Source of the DNA: Eledone cirrhosa | Taxonomy: Eukaryota | Assembly (NCBI GenBank): GCA_964016885.1 | Contig: OZ024745.1 | Coordinates: 1,984,001-2,048,000 of the forward strand | Direction: 5' to 3' | Length of the DNA: 64,000 bases | Made by a program: the position numbers and the translations under genes | Shown: positions 61,601-64,000 of the stretch, piece by piece | How positions within the stretch are numbered: position 1 is the stretch's first letter | Layout: each line of letters begins with the position of its first letter | Notes under the pieces: model-generated | What the model was told of the DNA's origin: nothing | Seen by the model: the letters and a program-made list of their open reading frames with translations, nothing else | Database searches by the model: none

Positions 61601-64000
61601 GTTTCTATATAGAGACAGTGTGTAACATATATTACAGTCCCAGTGTGTTTCTATATAGAGACAGTGTGTAACATGTATTACAGTCCCAGTGTGTTTCTAT
61701 ATAGAGACAGTGTGTAACATGTATCAAAGTCCCATTGTGTATCTATATAGAGACAGTGTGTAACATGTATCACAGTCCCAGTGTTTCTATAAAGAGACAT
61801 TGTGTAACATGTACTACAGTCTCAGTGTGTTCCTATAAAGAGACAGTGTGTAACATGTGTCACAGTCCCAGTGTGTTTCTATATAGAGACAGTGTGTAAC
61901 ATGTATCACAGTCCCAGTGTGTTTCTATAAAGAGACAGTGTGCAACATGTGTCACAGTCGCAGTGTGTTTCTATATAGAGACAGTGTGTAACATGTATTA
62001 CAGTCCCAGCATGTTTCTATATATAGACAGTGTGTAACATGTATTACAGTCCCAGTGTGTTTCTATATAGAGACAGTGTGTAACATGTATCACAGTCCCA
62101 GTGTGTTTCTATATAGAGACAGTGTGTAGCATGTATCACAGTCCCAGTGTTTTTCTATAAAGAGACATTGTGTAACATGTATCACAGTCCCAGTGTGTTT
62201 CTATATAGAGACAGTGTGTAGCATGTATCACAGTCCCAGTGTGTTTTATAAAGAGACAGTGTGTAACATGTGTCACAGTCCCAGTGTGTTTCTATATAGA
62301 GACAGTGTGTAACATGTATTACAGTCCCAGTGTGTTTCTATATAGAGACAGTGTGTAACGTGTATCACAGTCCCAGTGTGTTTCTATATAGAGACAGTGT
62401 GTAACATGTGTCACAGTCCCAGTGTGTTTCTATATAGAGACAGTGTGTAACATGTATCAAAGTCCCAGTGTGTTTCTATAAAGAGACAGTGTGTAACATG
62501 TATCACAGTCCCAGTGTGTTTCTATAAAGAGACAGTTTGTAACATGTATTACAGTCCCAGTGTGTTTCTATATAGAGAGAGTGTGTAACATCTATCACAG
62601 TCCCAGTGTGTTTTTATATAGAGACAGTGTATAGCATGTATCACAGTCCCAGTGTGTTTCTATATAGAGACAGTGTGTAACATGTGTCACAGTCCCAGTG
62701 TGTTTCTATATAGAGACAGTGTGTAACATGTATCAAAGTCCCAGTGTGTTTCTATAAAGAAATAGTGTGTAAGATGTATCACAGTCCCATTGTGTTTCTA
62801 TATAGAGACAGTGTGTAACATGTATCACAGTCCCAGTGTGTTTCTATAAAGAGACAGTGTGTAACATGTATTACAGTCCCAGTGTGTTTCTATATAGAGA
62901 CAGTGTGTAACATGTATCACAGTCCCAGTGTCTTTCTATATAGAGACAGTGTGTAACATGTGTCACAGTCCCAGTGTGTTTCTATATAGAGACAGTGTGT
63001 AACATGTATTACAGTCCCAGTGTTTCTCTATATAGAGACAGTGTGTAACATGTATCACAGTCCCAGTGTGTTTCTATATAGAGAGAGTGTGTAACATGTA
63101 TTACAGTCCCAGTGTGTTTCTATAAAGAGACAGTGTGTAACATGTATCACAGTCCCAGTGTGTTTCTATATAGAGACAGTGTGTAACATGTATCACAGTC
63201 CCAGTGTGTTTCTATATAGTGACAGTGTGTAACATGTGTCACAGTCCCAGTGTGTTTCTATATAGAGACAGTGTGTAACATGTATCACAGTCCCAGTGTG
63301 TTTCTATAAAGAGACAGTGTGTAACATGTATCACAGTCCCAGTGTGTTTCTATATAGTGACAGTGTGTAACATGTATCAAAGTCCCAGTGTGTTTCTATA
63401 TAGAGACAGTGTGTAACATGTATCACAGTCCCAGTGTGTTTCTATATAGAGACAGTGTGTAACATGTATCAAAGTCCCAGTGTGTTTCTATATAGAGACA
63501 GTGTGTAACATGTATTACAGCCCCAGTGTGTTTCTATATAGAGACAGTGTGTAACATGTATCAAAGTCCCAGTGTGTTTCTATATAGAGACAGTGTGTAA
63601 CATTTGTCACAGTCGCAGTGTGTTTCTATAAATAGACAGTGTGTAACATGTGTCACAGTCCCAGTGTGTTTCTATAAATAGACAGTGTGTAAAATCTATC
63701 ACAGTCCCAGTGTGTTTCTATAAAGAGACAGTGTGTAACATGTATCACAGTCCCAATGTGTTTCTATAAAGAGACAGTGTGTAACATGTATCAAAGTCCC
63801 AGTGTGTTTCTATATAGAGACAGTGTGTAACATGTATCACAGTCCCAGTGTGTTTATATATGGAGACAGTGTGTAACATGTATCACAGTCCCAGAGTGTT
63901 TCTATATAGAGACAGTGTGTAACATGTATCACAGTCCCAGTGTGTTTCTATATATAGACAGTGTGTAACATGTATCACAGTCCCAGTGTGTTTCTATATA

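Larger units (their letters stand above)
53621..64000. repeat. Satellite array B, 46-bp monomer, about 225 head-to-tail copies, open at the right window edge
   Basis: Consensus TGTAACATGTAT(C/T)ACAGTCCCAGTGTGTTTCTATA(T/A)AGAGACAGTG repeats every 46 bp. The first B-specific bases (CACAGTCCC) start at 53633. Confidence 0.99.

Noticed and set aside
1913-63700. Same core variants in both arrays (TGTAGCATG, TGTAAAATG, TAACATCT, TAAGATG) as evidence of inter-array conversion
   Set aside because: With more than 1200 monomers, recurrent single substitutions in a 12-mer are expected. I saw no shared multi-site haplotype.
1-64000. CRISPR or CRISPR-like repeat-spacer array
   Set aside because: There are no unique spacers. 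Monomers abut directly and differ only by point changes, and there is no leader or cas gene.
1-64000. TATAAT and TATAAA(G) as promoter elements
   Set aside because: They are allelic states of AT-rich monomers repeated many times, with no downstream gene.
1-64000. Transposon such as a Helitron/Helentron or MITE carrying internal tandem repeats
   Set aside because: No termini, target-site duplication or transposase is visible. Such an origin cannot be tested without the outer array ends.
1-64000. Telomeric repeat, or assignment to a named centromeric satellite or species
   Set aside because: There is no canonical telomere motif or CENP-B box, and I do not recognise either monomer. A Dfam, Repbase or BLAST search would be needed.

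Overview
The whole 64-kb window is non-coding tandem satellite DNA, most consistent with eukaryotic heterochromatin; I cannot assign an organism or a named family. Positions 1-53632 are a head-to-tail array of about 1030 copies of an AT-rich 52-bp monomer (satA, GGTTATAGAGAAAGGTATACTGTAACATGTATACAATATATGTAGACACATT, 29% GC). Positions 53621-64000 are about 225 copies of a 46-bp monomer (satB, CACAGTCCCAGTGTGTTTCTATATAGAGACAGTGTGTAACATGTAT, 39% GC). The arrays join with no intervening DNA through a shared 12-mer, TGTAACATGTAT (53621-53632). satA has two variant-defined subfamily domains that switch at about 29.4-29.8 kb, plus nested higher-order duplications (offsets of 416, 624, 727, 2235, 2753, 4210, 5459 and 6338 bp). 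satB has 138, 321 and 1426-bp duplications. Both monomers are rich in palindromes. All ORFs in the track are explained by the 52-bp periodicity. I found no credible gene, RNA gene, CRISPR array or transposon, and no evidence for a new protein-based system. The notable signals are the clean junction, the two-strand similarity between the monomers, and the layered higher-order repeat history.
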